A DNA stretch of 64,000 nt from Azolla caroliniana (Eukaryota > Plantae > Polypodiophyta). The stretch covers positions 16,554,001 through 16,618,000 of the forward strand of contig JBHGNT010000014.1 of NCBI GenBank assembly GCA_043228905.1. The letters are read 5' to 3'. Positions 52,516 through 64,000 of this stretch are shown here, one piece after another; the stretch's first letter is position 1; each line of letters starts with the position of its first letter. Under the pieces are notes generated by a model, which was not told the DNA's origin, ran no database searches, and saw nothing but the letters and a program-made list of their open reading frames with translations. The translations under genes and the position numbers were made by a program.

Positions 52516-53777
52516 GTAGGAATATTACTACAATGCGTACACCTATTGGGTTGGTTCGAATGTGTACTTTACCACAAGGCGCAACTAATTTTGTCACACA
52601 TATGATGAATGCAATGAATAAGGTGCTTAAGGATCACATTCCTCATTGAACAATGCCTTTCTTGGATGACATTCCGATTAAAGGATATCTAGAAGAGGAG
52701 AAGGATGAAGAAGTTGGGTTGGATGGATGTCAGAAATTCGTCTCAGATCATATAGCAGACTGTGAAGACATATTGAGGAATTTAGAGGAGGCACATTTGA
52801 CAATTTTTGGAGAAAAATCAAGTTTTGGTCGATCTGAAGTGCAAATTGTGGGACATTTGTGTGGCCCCTATGGTCGGAAACCTGATCCAGCCAAGGTGGA
52901 CGACATCAATGCAATGGAGGATATCTACAAGTCAACATCAGAAGTAAGACGGTTTTTAGGTGCATGTGTTTTTTTATCATATTTGGATTCCACATTGTGC
53001 ACATATTGTTGATCCCCTATATAAGTTATTACGGAAAGGACAAAGGTTTATATGGGAGGAGGAGCATACATTGGCCATGGAGAAGATTAAGATACTTTTG
53101 TCATCTGCACCAGCCTTGCGACAACCTATATATGAGCAAGGTCGACCTATCTTTGTGACTGTGGATGCAAGTCCAACTGGAATTGGATGAGTTATTAATC
53201 AAGAGGATGAAACTGGAGATCAATATGCTATTCAGTTTGGAGCAAAGATTTTACATGATCAACAAAGAAGGTATGCTCAAATAAAGAGAGAGTTGTGGGG
53301 CATAGTTTTTGCGATTAAAGCAGACAAGGATTATTTGATTGGATCGGAAGTGGTTATAGAGACGGTGTCGTGGAGAAAACCGTCCCTAGGCGGAAACCGA
53401 GTATAATGTGCGTAAACCGGCCCTTACATGTGGGCACAAGTTTTGTTGTATAGTACGTAGGTAGGTACAAGTCGCCTGAGGCGAAATCCTAAGTAGCACA
53501 CATTCAGTAGGGAGAGAATCAGGCGTATCCCTGTCCGAAAGGACAAGGAATAAACATGATGTGACAAATGGTAACAGCCTCTCTCCTTAGGCTATAAAAG
53601 AGAGGGAGACGTATGGAAATGATATCGCGTTTTAGCAGAGGACGAAGTGCTGCTGGACTGGGACCAAGCCCTTCTCCTCTCATCCATCGCCCCTTTAATT
53701 GTTTTGTGCAGGTTTTGGGAGGTTGACTCTGCTCCGCAGGACGCCCGAGTGCTACCGGTAGAGTCTCCATCTCGCGT

Positions 53778-53816
<39 letters not shown>

Positions 53817-54282
53817 AGGCGACGGAGCCTATCACTCGTCGGTTTGCCGGTTGTAACACCTTGATTTATATATACATAAGCATTCGTTATGTCTCCATCT
53901 CGCGTTCTGTAGTTGGTTGCAATTCCTGTGATTCCGTGGGTTTGAGCACTTGAGAATTACATAGTCAAGTCCCTTCCCCTCCCCTCACTCAGCTATTCCT
54001 CGGTCTGAGGCCCTCGTGGTCCCGCCTCGTTCTCCACGCACGCGCGTAGCAACGCGACATATTTGGTGAACCCGATGTGAACAGGCGAGTAGCATCCACG
54101 CAGAGGTGCTTGAGGTACGGGCTGAGAGTCGGACCTGGGAAGAGTTTGAAGGTCGGCTCCTTGAAAAATACGGGCTTGATGATGCGCTCCGGCTGTCGAA
54201 GCGGGACTTCATGGAATGGGTGGAGACCCCCAAAAAGGGGAGAAACGCGTCGGTGCTCCTTCAAGAGTTTGAAGAACGCTTC

Positions 54283-54386
54283 TGTTGAGCGGCAAGCTCA
54301 ACCGGAGCCCAAGAGGACTTGTATAAATAGTGCTACTTAGCACAATGTGTATATATGGTCTTGAAATAATTTTGAAACGGTGTTCT

Positions 54387-54426
<40 letters not shown>

Positions 54427-57400
54427 TGTTGTTCTCTGTTTTACGCTTCCGCAAACACTCACGTTCACATGGTATCAGAGCGCGAGGGTTGAGAACCTCT
54501 GCTGCTGACATTTACTCTTGAGAAGAAAACCCTAACAGGTCGAAAACAGACACAGTAGAAGACATGGATAGAGGCTTGGCTACGTCGTTCCCAGTGGAGA
54601 AGCTCGACAGGAGCAACTACGCATCCTGGTCTTACAAGATGCACCAATACCTGCTTGGACACGGGTACTAGAGTTATGTCGAAGGAGCGAATGATGCGGC
54701 GCCCGACTTGGCACACAAGGACTACCCCGTATGGGAACAGGCGGCAAGCAGGGTGATGTACTGCTTCGCGTCCAGTGTCGGCGATCAGCTGCTCAGCCAC
54801 ATCCGTGACGCCAAGACACTGAAGGATGCTTGGGGGAACCTGAAAAAGGTTTTCGCCGCAAGCACCACTGCCCGGAAGCTGCAACTCAAACAGGAGTTGA
54901 GCAATGTTCAACAGAAGAACATGTCCGTGGCAGACTACACGGGCCGGATAAAGGAGATCTGCGACTCGCTCGCCTCTATCAATGTTACCGTAGAGGAAGA
55001 CAAGATGGTGCAGGTATGTCTCGGAGGCCTGGCATCCAAGTTCGGAGCGTTCCGGACTGCGGTGTGTACAAGGGAGAATACCCCCTCATTCTTCGACTTA
55101 CAGTCGATGCTCCTTGTAGAGGAGAACCACGCCGGTGCATCTACCAGTGCATCCCCGGACAGCCGAATGTTGTACACGGGAACGGATCGGCTCCGTGGGC
55201 GTGGTGGAAGAGGTGGGTCGGCACGCAATGGAGGCACTATGAGCGTGCCGACAGTAGTTCCGGGACTTCCACAAGCAGGGGGAGTCAAGGCGGTGCCGGA
55301 GGCCGGCAAGACAAATCCGCTACGGAATGCTGGTATTGTGGCAAAAAAGGCCACAGGGAAAGCGAGTGCTGGAAAAAGCGTGCCGATTCGGACAAATCCG
55401 GATCCGGCAAGACCGGTAAGGATGGCCGGGAAAACTCGCACTACGCAAACGGATCAGGAGGATCCGGAACCGGAAAGGCCAGTAAGGGGCCAGCCTTGGT
55501 GATGAATCACAAGGCAAACTCAATGAAGAAGAACACTTCCAAAACGGAGGAAATGTGGTATGTTGATTCCGGCGCGTCGAACCACATGACGAGCCACAAA
55601 GAGTGGTTCTCCTTTCTGGAGAAACCGGATCGACCAGGAGTAGTCGAAACCGGAGACGACACTCCTCACCCAATCGTGCACGTTAGAGAAGTCCCTCTAA
55701 GACACATCGGACAGAAAGGGAAGCTGATGAACGTACTACACGTTCTGACAATCACGAAGAACCTGGTGTCCGTCGGTCAGATTGTCGACCAGGGGATGCA
55801 GGTGCGGTTTACGCACCTCAGGTGCTTCATTGAGGATGAGGGCGAAGTCATTGCGCAAGGGCGCAGAGACGGGAGGATGTTTATCCTCAACACCAATGAC
55901 TTTGGCACCGCTCTGTTCGGGAAACGACAGAAGGTCAAGTCGGACATCGACCTGTGGCACAAGCGGATAGGCCACGTCAACTACCGGAGGCTTCAAGACC
56001 TGCAAACGAAACAAGTCGTTTTCGGTTTGCCGAAGTTCAGCGGCCGGAGAGCCGAAATTTGTGAAGCCTGCCAACTTGGGAAGCAACACCGGCTTCCATT
56101 CCCCACCGAACGGAACCGGAGCCGTAACAAGTTCGATCTCATCCATTCGGATGTGTGGGGACCGGCACAAAGTGTAAGCCTAGGCGGGAGCCGATACTTC
56201 GTCTCCTTCATCGACGACTATACTCGACATACTTGGATCTACCTCATTGAGCGGAAGAGCGAAGTCTTCGACTGTTTCCGGAGCCTCCAGAAGATGGTGG
56301 AACGGGAATCGGAGAGGAAGATCAAATGCCTTCGGTCGGATGGCGGAAAGGAATATTTTTCCGGCCAATTCACTAGTTATCTGCAGCAGAAGGGAATTCG
56401 GCGAGAGTTCAGCTGCAGATACACACCGGAGCAAAACGGTGTGGCCGAAAGGAAGAACCGGACACTCGTCGAAGTGGCAAGGGCGATGCTGGAGGAGAAG
56501 AGCATGCCCCGGTTCTACTGGGCGGAGGCGGTCCGGACAGCCGTCTACATACAAAACCGCATTGGTGACAAGGTGTCAGCTCATGAGTTGTATTTCGGGC
56601 GCAAGCCGAACTTAAGACACCTTCGGATATTCGGCAACATAGCGTATGTGCATGTGCCGGATCAGAAGCGGAGAAAGCTGGATGCAAAATCGGAAAAATG
56701 CATCCTAGTCGGCTATGCTCAAGAGCAAAAGGGGTATAAGTGCTATAACCCCCAGACGAAGGAAGTCCGAGTTAGCCGGGATGTCGAGTTCGATGAATCG
56801 GCATCCTGGTACTCCGTACCGACTCCGACTTCCGATCCCGACCCAATGTCGGAAGATCAGGCCAGTGAGCCTGAATCAGCTCTGGCAGAGGATGATGATG
56901 CCGGGACTCAAGATGAGAGTCCAGAATCGTTACGGTTGAGTGGACCGAACGAGCGACTGAGTCGGTTGGATCAGTCAGATGAAGAGACGGCAAGTGGTGG
57001 AGACTCTACCGTGCTCTCCCCGCGCAAGGAACCAAGGAAACGGTTCACGCGCAAAGAGAAGGGGAAGAGGAAGATGCCGGAATTCGAAACCAGCAACGAT
57101 GAGTCGGATCGGTGCGTATCCGACTCCGGAAAGGAGAAAGGCGGATCTTCGGCAACGAAGACCGAAATGGCCAAGAAGGGCCTCAAATTAGGTGACGGTG
57201 CGTTGCGCCGATCAACCCGCCAGAAGGAAACCGGTCATGCGGTACGGGTACAATGAATACATGGCGCATCATTATGCGTACATGACTAAGGTGACAGAAG
57301 TGCGTGAGCCGGAGAGCTACATAGAAGCGGCAAAGGACGCAAATTGGCGTGCTGCTATGGATGAAGAAATGCGGGCACTCGATGCCAACTAAACTTGGGA

Positions 57401-59921
57401 CCTAGTTGATCCTCCCCGTCACTGTAAATCGATCGGATGCAAGTGGGTGTACAAGTTCAAGTACAACGCCAACGGTTCTGTTAACCGGTACAAAGTCCGG
57501 TTAGTGGCAAAGGGATACGCATAGACCCACGGAATCGACTACAACGAGACCTTCGCTCCTATGGCGAAGATGACGACGGTTCGTGTGGTACTGACAGTTG
57601 CTGCGGCAAGGGGGTGGCATCTTCACCAGATGGATGTGAAGAACGCCTTCCTTCAAGGAGAGCTTGAAGAAAAAGTCTTTATGACTCAACCCCCCGGATT
57701 TAAATCGGAGATGAACAAGTCGGCGGTATGCCGACTGAAGAAGTCGCTTTACGGCTTGAAGCAAGCCCCCCAAGCTTGGAACGCGAAGATCACGCACCGG
57801 TTGCGTAAGCTGGGGTTTGCTGTCTCTAAGTCGGACTCTTCGTTGTTCATCCGGCAAGGCTCTGACGGTCCGGTATGTATACTCTTGTATGTGGATGATT
57901 TAGTCATCACCGAACCGAGTCTTCTCGGAATCAACCGCGTCAAGTCCCAGTTGTCGGACGCATTCGAAATGAAGGACCTGGGGGACCTTCATTATTTTCT
58001 TGGGATCGAAGTGATCCGGACCCCCGACAACATATTGCTCTCACAACGACATTACGTGTTGAATATGCTGTATAAGTTCGGCATGACGGATTGCCGACTT
58101 GTCTCCACACCCCTAGACCGGAACCAGAAGCTACGTCCCAACTCCGGATCGGCCTGCAATGAGAAACGGTTCCGACAGGTTGTCGGAATCTTGATCTACT
58201 TAACCATCACCCAACCCGACATCAACTATCCGGTCGGCATGGTAAGTCAGTTCATGCAGAAGCCGACCGTGGAGCACCTTCAGTGCGCGCAACGAATATT
58301 ACGGTATGTCAGCGGCACTAAGGACCGGGGACTGCTCTACCGGTGAGGTATACCCGAAGAGCTTGTCGGTTACACAGATGTTGACTGGGCCGGCGATGCG
58401 TCTGATCGCCGCTCCACTTCCGGATACATGTTCTCCATAGGTAGTGCGGCCGTTGCGTGGAGCAGCAAGAAGCAGCCCACACTGGCTTTGTCAAGCACTG
58501 AGGCTGAGTACCGGGCCGCTACCGTTGCCACTTGTGAAGCCATCTGGCTTCGGCGACTGCTGCGAGACTTGCGGATCGAGGTACCGACCCCGCTCCCGAT
58601 TTACTGCGATAACATGAGCAGCTTGCAGCTCGCCAAGAACCCTGTGTTCCATGCTCGCACAAAGCACATCGAGGTGCACTACCACTTTGTGCGTGAGCGG
58701 GTCCTGAGCGGTGAAGTTGACCTACGGTATGTTCATACGGATCGGCAAGTTGCCGACATCTTCACCAAGCCGTTCGGATCGGACAAGTTGCAGCACTTTA
58801 CCGACATGCTTGGTATTCAACATCTCGACGTGCCGCACTTGAGGGGGAGAAGCAAGGGCAAAGTCTCTACCGAAATAGGCAAAGGCCAAAAAATTGTTGA
58901 ACCTGTCAGTAAGAGGAGAGTCGGAAGAAGAGGAGACAAGAAGATGAAGGAAGCCGAGTCGACGTGCACTCAGGAAGAGAAGTGCATGCTGTGCGGAGGT
59001 CATCATGACGGTACTGACCATGATGTGGAGTCGAATGAAGAATTCGATTTCGGTTCACCAGCTGAAGAAGCCGAGGGAAGCATGGAGAAGGCCAAGACTC
59101 GGAAGTGGTCTGATGTGGTGAGAGGCCTGAAGCCGGAAGTCGAAACGGAGTGTACCGATTCGGACAAGAGTTGGAACGAGTCGGAGATAGCTGACTCGGA
59201 TCAACAGATGGATCCGGATGAGTGGGATCGACTGAAGGCCAAGGGGACACGGACACAACGGAAGTCGATGCCATCGTGGGAGAACCGACGGATCGGCAAG
59301 CGCCGGAGTCATAGCAACGTGAGTGCTGAGATGGGCCTATTGAGCAGACATGCCAACCGAGAGGGTCGAGGCGCGCAGAACCAAAGGGGTCGCGGCAAAC
59401 GGGACCGGACCGGACTAGGAGTGCAAGCAAGGCGGAGTGACGCCAGGAGAAGTCGGTTGGAAGAACCGACTGCCACAGAGGTCGACACTACGACCCCACC
59501 TCAGGTTGAGCTTGAGGGGGAGTGTTGAGCGGCAAGCTCAACCGGAGCTGGATCGGCTGAATAAGCCGGAGCCGGTAAGCGAGACGGATCGGGCGAAACG
59601 GATCGGTATGACGGTGAGCAACCGAACCGGCAAGCAGTGGAGGCCGGGTGCAATCCGTAACCGGAAGTCCAATCGGAAGCCTAGTATAGGATAGACTACT
59701 AGGTAGCTATAGTCTCGTAGTAAGTGTCAAATGCTCGTATGAGCATTGAAGTACATAGTACTTCTATCAGTCCTAAGAGGACTTGTATAAATAGTGCTAC
59801 TTAGCACAATGTGTATATATGGTCTTGAAATAATTTTGAAACGGTGTTCTGCTCTCTCTCTCTCTCTCTCTCTCCGTGTGTTGTTCTCTGTTTTACGCTT
59901 CCGCAAACACTCACGTTCACA
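54283..59921 (+). mobile_element. Full-length Ty1/Copia element H (related to A)
   Basis: TSD gcttc; 5' LTR 54283-54469 (internally deleted); PBS-Met 54470-54481; PPT 59514-59522; 3' LTR 59523-59921. Confidence 0.96.
54564..59528 (+). pseudogene. Copia H gag-pol with extended C-terminus
   Basis: All Copia domains present; several stops and frameshifts; the RNase H ORF runs on to the LTR. Confidence 0.93.
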
Positions 59922-62390
59922 GCTTCGCACGACTTTCGGCGCTGGACCGGACCATGTTGGACACGAGTCGTGTCCTATTGTTCGTTAAATCGGTGGACGC
60001 AAGGGATCGGGAGCAAGTGGGCTTGCTGCTAGAGACCGATGACGGCCTAACAACCAACTTGGCCGTGGTAAAGAGAGTATGCGGCCGCTTTGACAAACGG
60101 CGTGAGTGGGTCGATAAAGGCTTGATGGGGGCGGGTTCTGTTGCGACAAGGAAGGTCGAGGTACCCCCACCGGCGCGAAGAGAAGAGACCCGAGACTGGC
60201 TCGAGACCAGCTCATCAACTTCGACCAGCATGGTCAGAGGCTAGTCCGGAGGAGTGGCTTTGGAGGAGCTGACTCAGATGGTGAGGGACCTCTAGATCGT
60301 GCAAGCACGGAGGAACGGCGGTGAACAAATCCGTGACCGAAGGCCTCCAGCTGGGAGCCGGTGCTTGTGGTGCGACGTGGTCAACCACGCCTGAAAGGAC
60401 TGCGGGGACTTCGCCGAAGCGATAAGGGCTAACGTGGTGTACCTATGGAACGGTCGGGTGCACGCTAGCGAGACTCGGAGGGCCCTGGATCTGAATGTCA
60501 GATGAGGGGGTATGAAACGACTGATGGAAGAAGCGGCGGTTCGTCACGAGGAGACCGTCCACTACTCGACGTCGGCTGGAATCTAGGTCGGAAGCGATGA
60601 AGACCGGAAGACGAAAGAAGCCGGATTCCGGCCGGTGATGTTGGAAGGCCTCGTCGGCGTAAGGCTGAAGAAAGAGGAAGCGAACCGCGTGGAAAGACGG
60701 GTTCGGGAGGTAATCGGGTGGAGTGACCTAGTCGAGGAGAAGACGGGCTTCGTGGAAGCCGCGTGCCAGAACTACGAGGTTCTGGTTGAAGACAAATGGG
60801 CGGGAAAGACCGGGGGGGCCGGACCCTCACAACGGTATGAGACCCGGTTCGGGCCGAAGCAGAGTGATGCCGGTGCATCCGACGCACCGGACAAGGCCAA
60901 GAAGGCCTGTTATCGGTTGAGCACGGAGATCGAAAGGACCATGAACCTATGAAAGGTCCTGGAGGAACAGATCCTCAACAACAAAGTGGAGCTATCGCTG
61001 AGGGAAGTGCTCGCTATCGCCAAGAAGGAGTTCCACGACTCCATCGTAGACTTGGTGAAGCGGAAAAGGCTTTCAATGGAGCCAGAGCCGGAGAAGTGGG
61101 TGGAGGTGTGAACGACGCACCTAGAAGACATGGCCCTGGAGGACGAATTGGCAGAAAGCCACTACTCGAGGCTACATTGGGCTAGGGCCACTACGGAAAC
61201 CCCTGTTCGGATTGGGGACATCCAGGAGCCAGTGGTGGCGTTAGTAGACCACGGTTCGGAGATCAACTTGATTTCCATGGACCTCTACAAGAAGGGAAAG
61301 TGGTCGATCAACACCAAGCACGGGTGGAAGATACGGGCAGAAACACGCGCCACGGAGGAGCTGCATGGAGCCTGCCTGAATGTACGAGTAAAAATCGGCG
61401 ATGTCGAGATTGACCAACACTTCTTCATGCAGGAGACGTCCTCGCATCCGGTGACACTCGGAGAACCGTACATCACGGCGGTGTGCATGGAGACAAAGGT
61501 GCTGGACAACGGTTCGGCATATGCATGAGTCAAGAGCTAGGATGGGCACCACTCGGTCCAGTTCCTGACGGTGCGATCGAACCATGACCGTAACCGCGAG
61601 ACCCTCGGTGCCGAAACCCGAGGGGATTTTTAGAGAGGGCTATCAAAGCGTGGGGCCGTGATAGTCCAGACACCCCGGAAAAACCCCACAAATGTACTAT
61701 AGGCGAAAAAACCTGTACCATAGGTAGAAAATTTTGGTTCTCCGATAGCGGAGGTTGTATGATAGCCGATGTAGTTGGCCAGGAAAAGAAGCGGGCGGAG
61801 GAGCGACTTCGGGCAGAGGAAATCAGCGGAGCCGTGGAGGCTGTCTCTTTCGACGACACCTTGGGGAAGTTACGGGAGCTGTTCGGAGAAGGCTTTAATG
61901 CAGACCGGATGATTCCGGTATTTTCGGAAAAGATGTACGAAGTCATCGCCGACTTCAGTAGTGGACTCGAGTCGGATCGGACGGCCCGAGTGGATACGAA
62001 GTACAAGACTGTGGACCAGAATGTGAGGCCAATCGCGACACCCTTGCCAGAGGGCAGCGAGTTACGGATAAAGGGGGTCGCATCGGACCCAAGTTTACGA
62101 GATCCGGCCAGCATAGGACACACGTTCACCGACATAACACTACGGGAGCTCAAGATCGATGGGGGGAGTTTTCTACTGCCGGCGGAAGAGGACCGGTTTT
62201 GGAGAATGCTCGGGAGGCACGAGAAGGCTTTTGCATTCTCACTGGAGGAGATCAGGTGCGTAGACCCGAAGGTTGTGGAACCGATGGTGATCTTCACGGA
62301 CCGCATGTGCCGTGGAATCTCAAGCCGATTCCGGTACCCAGAGCTCACATCCCGAAGCTGATGGAGCTGTTGAAATAGAAGGTGGAGATG

Positions 62391-64000
62391 TGTTAGGAAA
62401 CAGGTCCCTCCGGATGGGAAGTGAGAAGAACAGTGTTGATGAGCAACTCGGCCGAGGCCGAATCCGGATGTGGAGTACCCGACAACGGAAGACCCAGTGA
62501 GAACCGGATGAGGAGTACCCGGCAACGGAAGACCAAGTGAGAACCGGATGACGAGTACCCGGCAAGGAAGACCCGGTGAGAACCAAATGTTACAGGCCCG
62601 GTGAGAACCTCTCATCGGATGGAAGGGACATATATGTAAATATGTTCCAGAGAGCCCACCGGGGCTATATTTGTAAATAGCCCGAAAGTCATATTAGTAT
62701 AAATATGACCTAGGGCAAACTTAATAGATAGATGTGTAGAATTGGTTGTGTTATTATGTGGCGATAATTCGGAGCGCAAGTGTGTACAGAGAAGACAGAG
62801 AGAGAGGAGAAGAGGTTGTTGCCTATGTTGTAACCGCCTGGTGGCGAACCGAGGGAGCAAGAGGTTGTTGCCTTTGTGCCCCATTGTTGTAATCTTGATA
62901 TAGTGATATTTTGCAGTGTGAGGGCTGTCGTGGTTTTTCCTTGGTTTGGGTTTTCCATGTTAACATCCAGTACACTCTCTTCTTTACTGTTTCGTGTGTA
63001 GATACATCTCACCACATCCCTATTTTCTATGATTGATCTGACGTCTCGGTTGTGGCCAAGCATAGCTTAGGGAACCGTATTCCTATCAAACTGGTATCAG
63101 AGCAAAACGACACACTAAAATGGACGATTCGTTGGGATGCATATTCAAGCTCACCGGCTCCAATTACTGAGTGTGGAAGTCGAAGATGAGGGACATGCTC
63201 GTGGTTAAAGATCTTTGGTTGCTGGTTCAGTTCGGGGACAAGAGACCGGACAAAATCGATGCCACGATATGGGAGGTGATGCACATGAAGACAACGGCGT
63301 ACATATGGTGCTTCATCGACATGAGTCTATACAACAACTTCAATGAAGAGAGCAAGGCTCATGAGCTCTGGGAGAAGATCGACATTATGTTTCAAAACAA
63401 AAATGTTGTTAATCAGGTTTCGGTATTTCAGAAGCTAGTAAGACTCCGGTACCAAGATGGCTCTAGCATGGCAGAGCACATGAATGCCTTCTAGGGGCTG
63501 ATACACCAGGAAACATCATTAGAAGTACCTCTCGCCGATGAGGTACTAGCACTACTCCTGCTTGGTTCCCTCCCAGATAGCTGGGAGACGTTGGTTGTCA
63601 CTTTGGGCAACGCCGGGCCGGAAGGGAAACGGTTATCCCTAGCAAGAGTGAAGTCGAGCTTGCTAGATGAGGAGATGCTCCTTAAGGATATGAGCTCCGA
63701 CTCCAAAGCGCTCCTTAGCGAATCGGAACACGGAAGACAAAGGAACCGTAGTCCCCATAACCGGGAAAAGTCGGGGACACGGTCAAAGTCAAGGGGGAGG
63801 CCTACTTGCTTTTATTGCGGCAAGCCGGGACACTTTCAGAAGAACCGTCGGCACTTCCGAAAAGATAAGGAAACCGACGGTACCGATTCGAAGCGGACAT
63901 CGGACCGGAACGGTAAAGACCGAAGGGGGCCGGACCGGAAGGGAACGACGGCAATCACGGCAAGTGAAGAAGAGTTGATGCTCATCACTGAGGAGAGTGA
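62391..64000 (+). mobile_element. Ty1/Copia element I (family of C): 5' LTR 62391-63088, PBS-Met, gag, running off the window
   Basis: tgttaggaaacaggtccc start matches the LTR of C; tggtatcagagc 63092-63103; gag nearly identical to C. Confidence 0.93.

Larger units (their letters stand above)
51975..53365 (+). pseudogene. Gypsy RT-RNase H fragment split by a solo LTR
   Basis: YSMADLYSGYDQF*LALDSR, insertion, then NITTMRTPIG, MPFLDDIPIKG, TVDASPTGIG. Confidence 0.88.
53366..62390 (+). mobile_element. Gypsy (Trp lineage) element G: 5' LTR 53366-54059, PBS, gag-protease and start of pol; interrupted by Copia H and Copia I
   Basis: tgtcg...gcgaca LTR, PBS tggtgaacccgatgtga, LVDHGSEIN, DTKYKTVD. 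Confidence 0.9.

Overview
A eukaryotic, plant-type window that is almost entirely nested LTR retrotransposon DNA, with no host gene recognisable. A fern or other seed-free land plant is my inference from the element types. It holds: (i) many copies and fragments of a Ty3/Gypsy lineage with TGTCG...CGACA LTRs, a tRNA-Trp PBS and a DHGS protease motif, including one very young full-length copy at 16308-24159; (ii) an Athila-like Gypsy with a long 3' extra ORF, split by three later insertions; (iii) six Ty1/Copia elements or fragments from two groups plus a Copia solo LTR; (iv) a 1.6 kb TRIM-like element. Four observations stand out. (1) tRNA-like A-box/B-box (Pol III type-2 promoter-like) modules sit antisense in the U3 of four different LTR families. 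(2) A -1 frameshift signal (GGAUUUU/GGUUUUU plus an H-type pseudoknot with compensatory changes) is conserved between gag-protease and pol in three diverged families. (3) The Trp-primed lineage appears to prefer CpG-centred 4-bp target sites. (4) The TRIM-like element has a copy of a tRNA 3' end where its PPT should be. All coordinates were read by eye and may be off by a few bases; no database searches were run.
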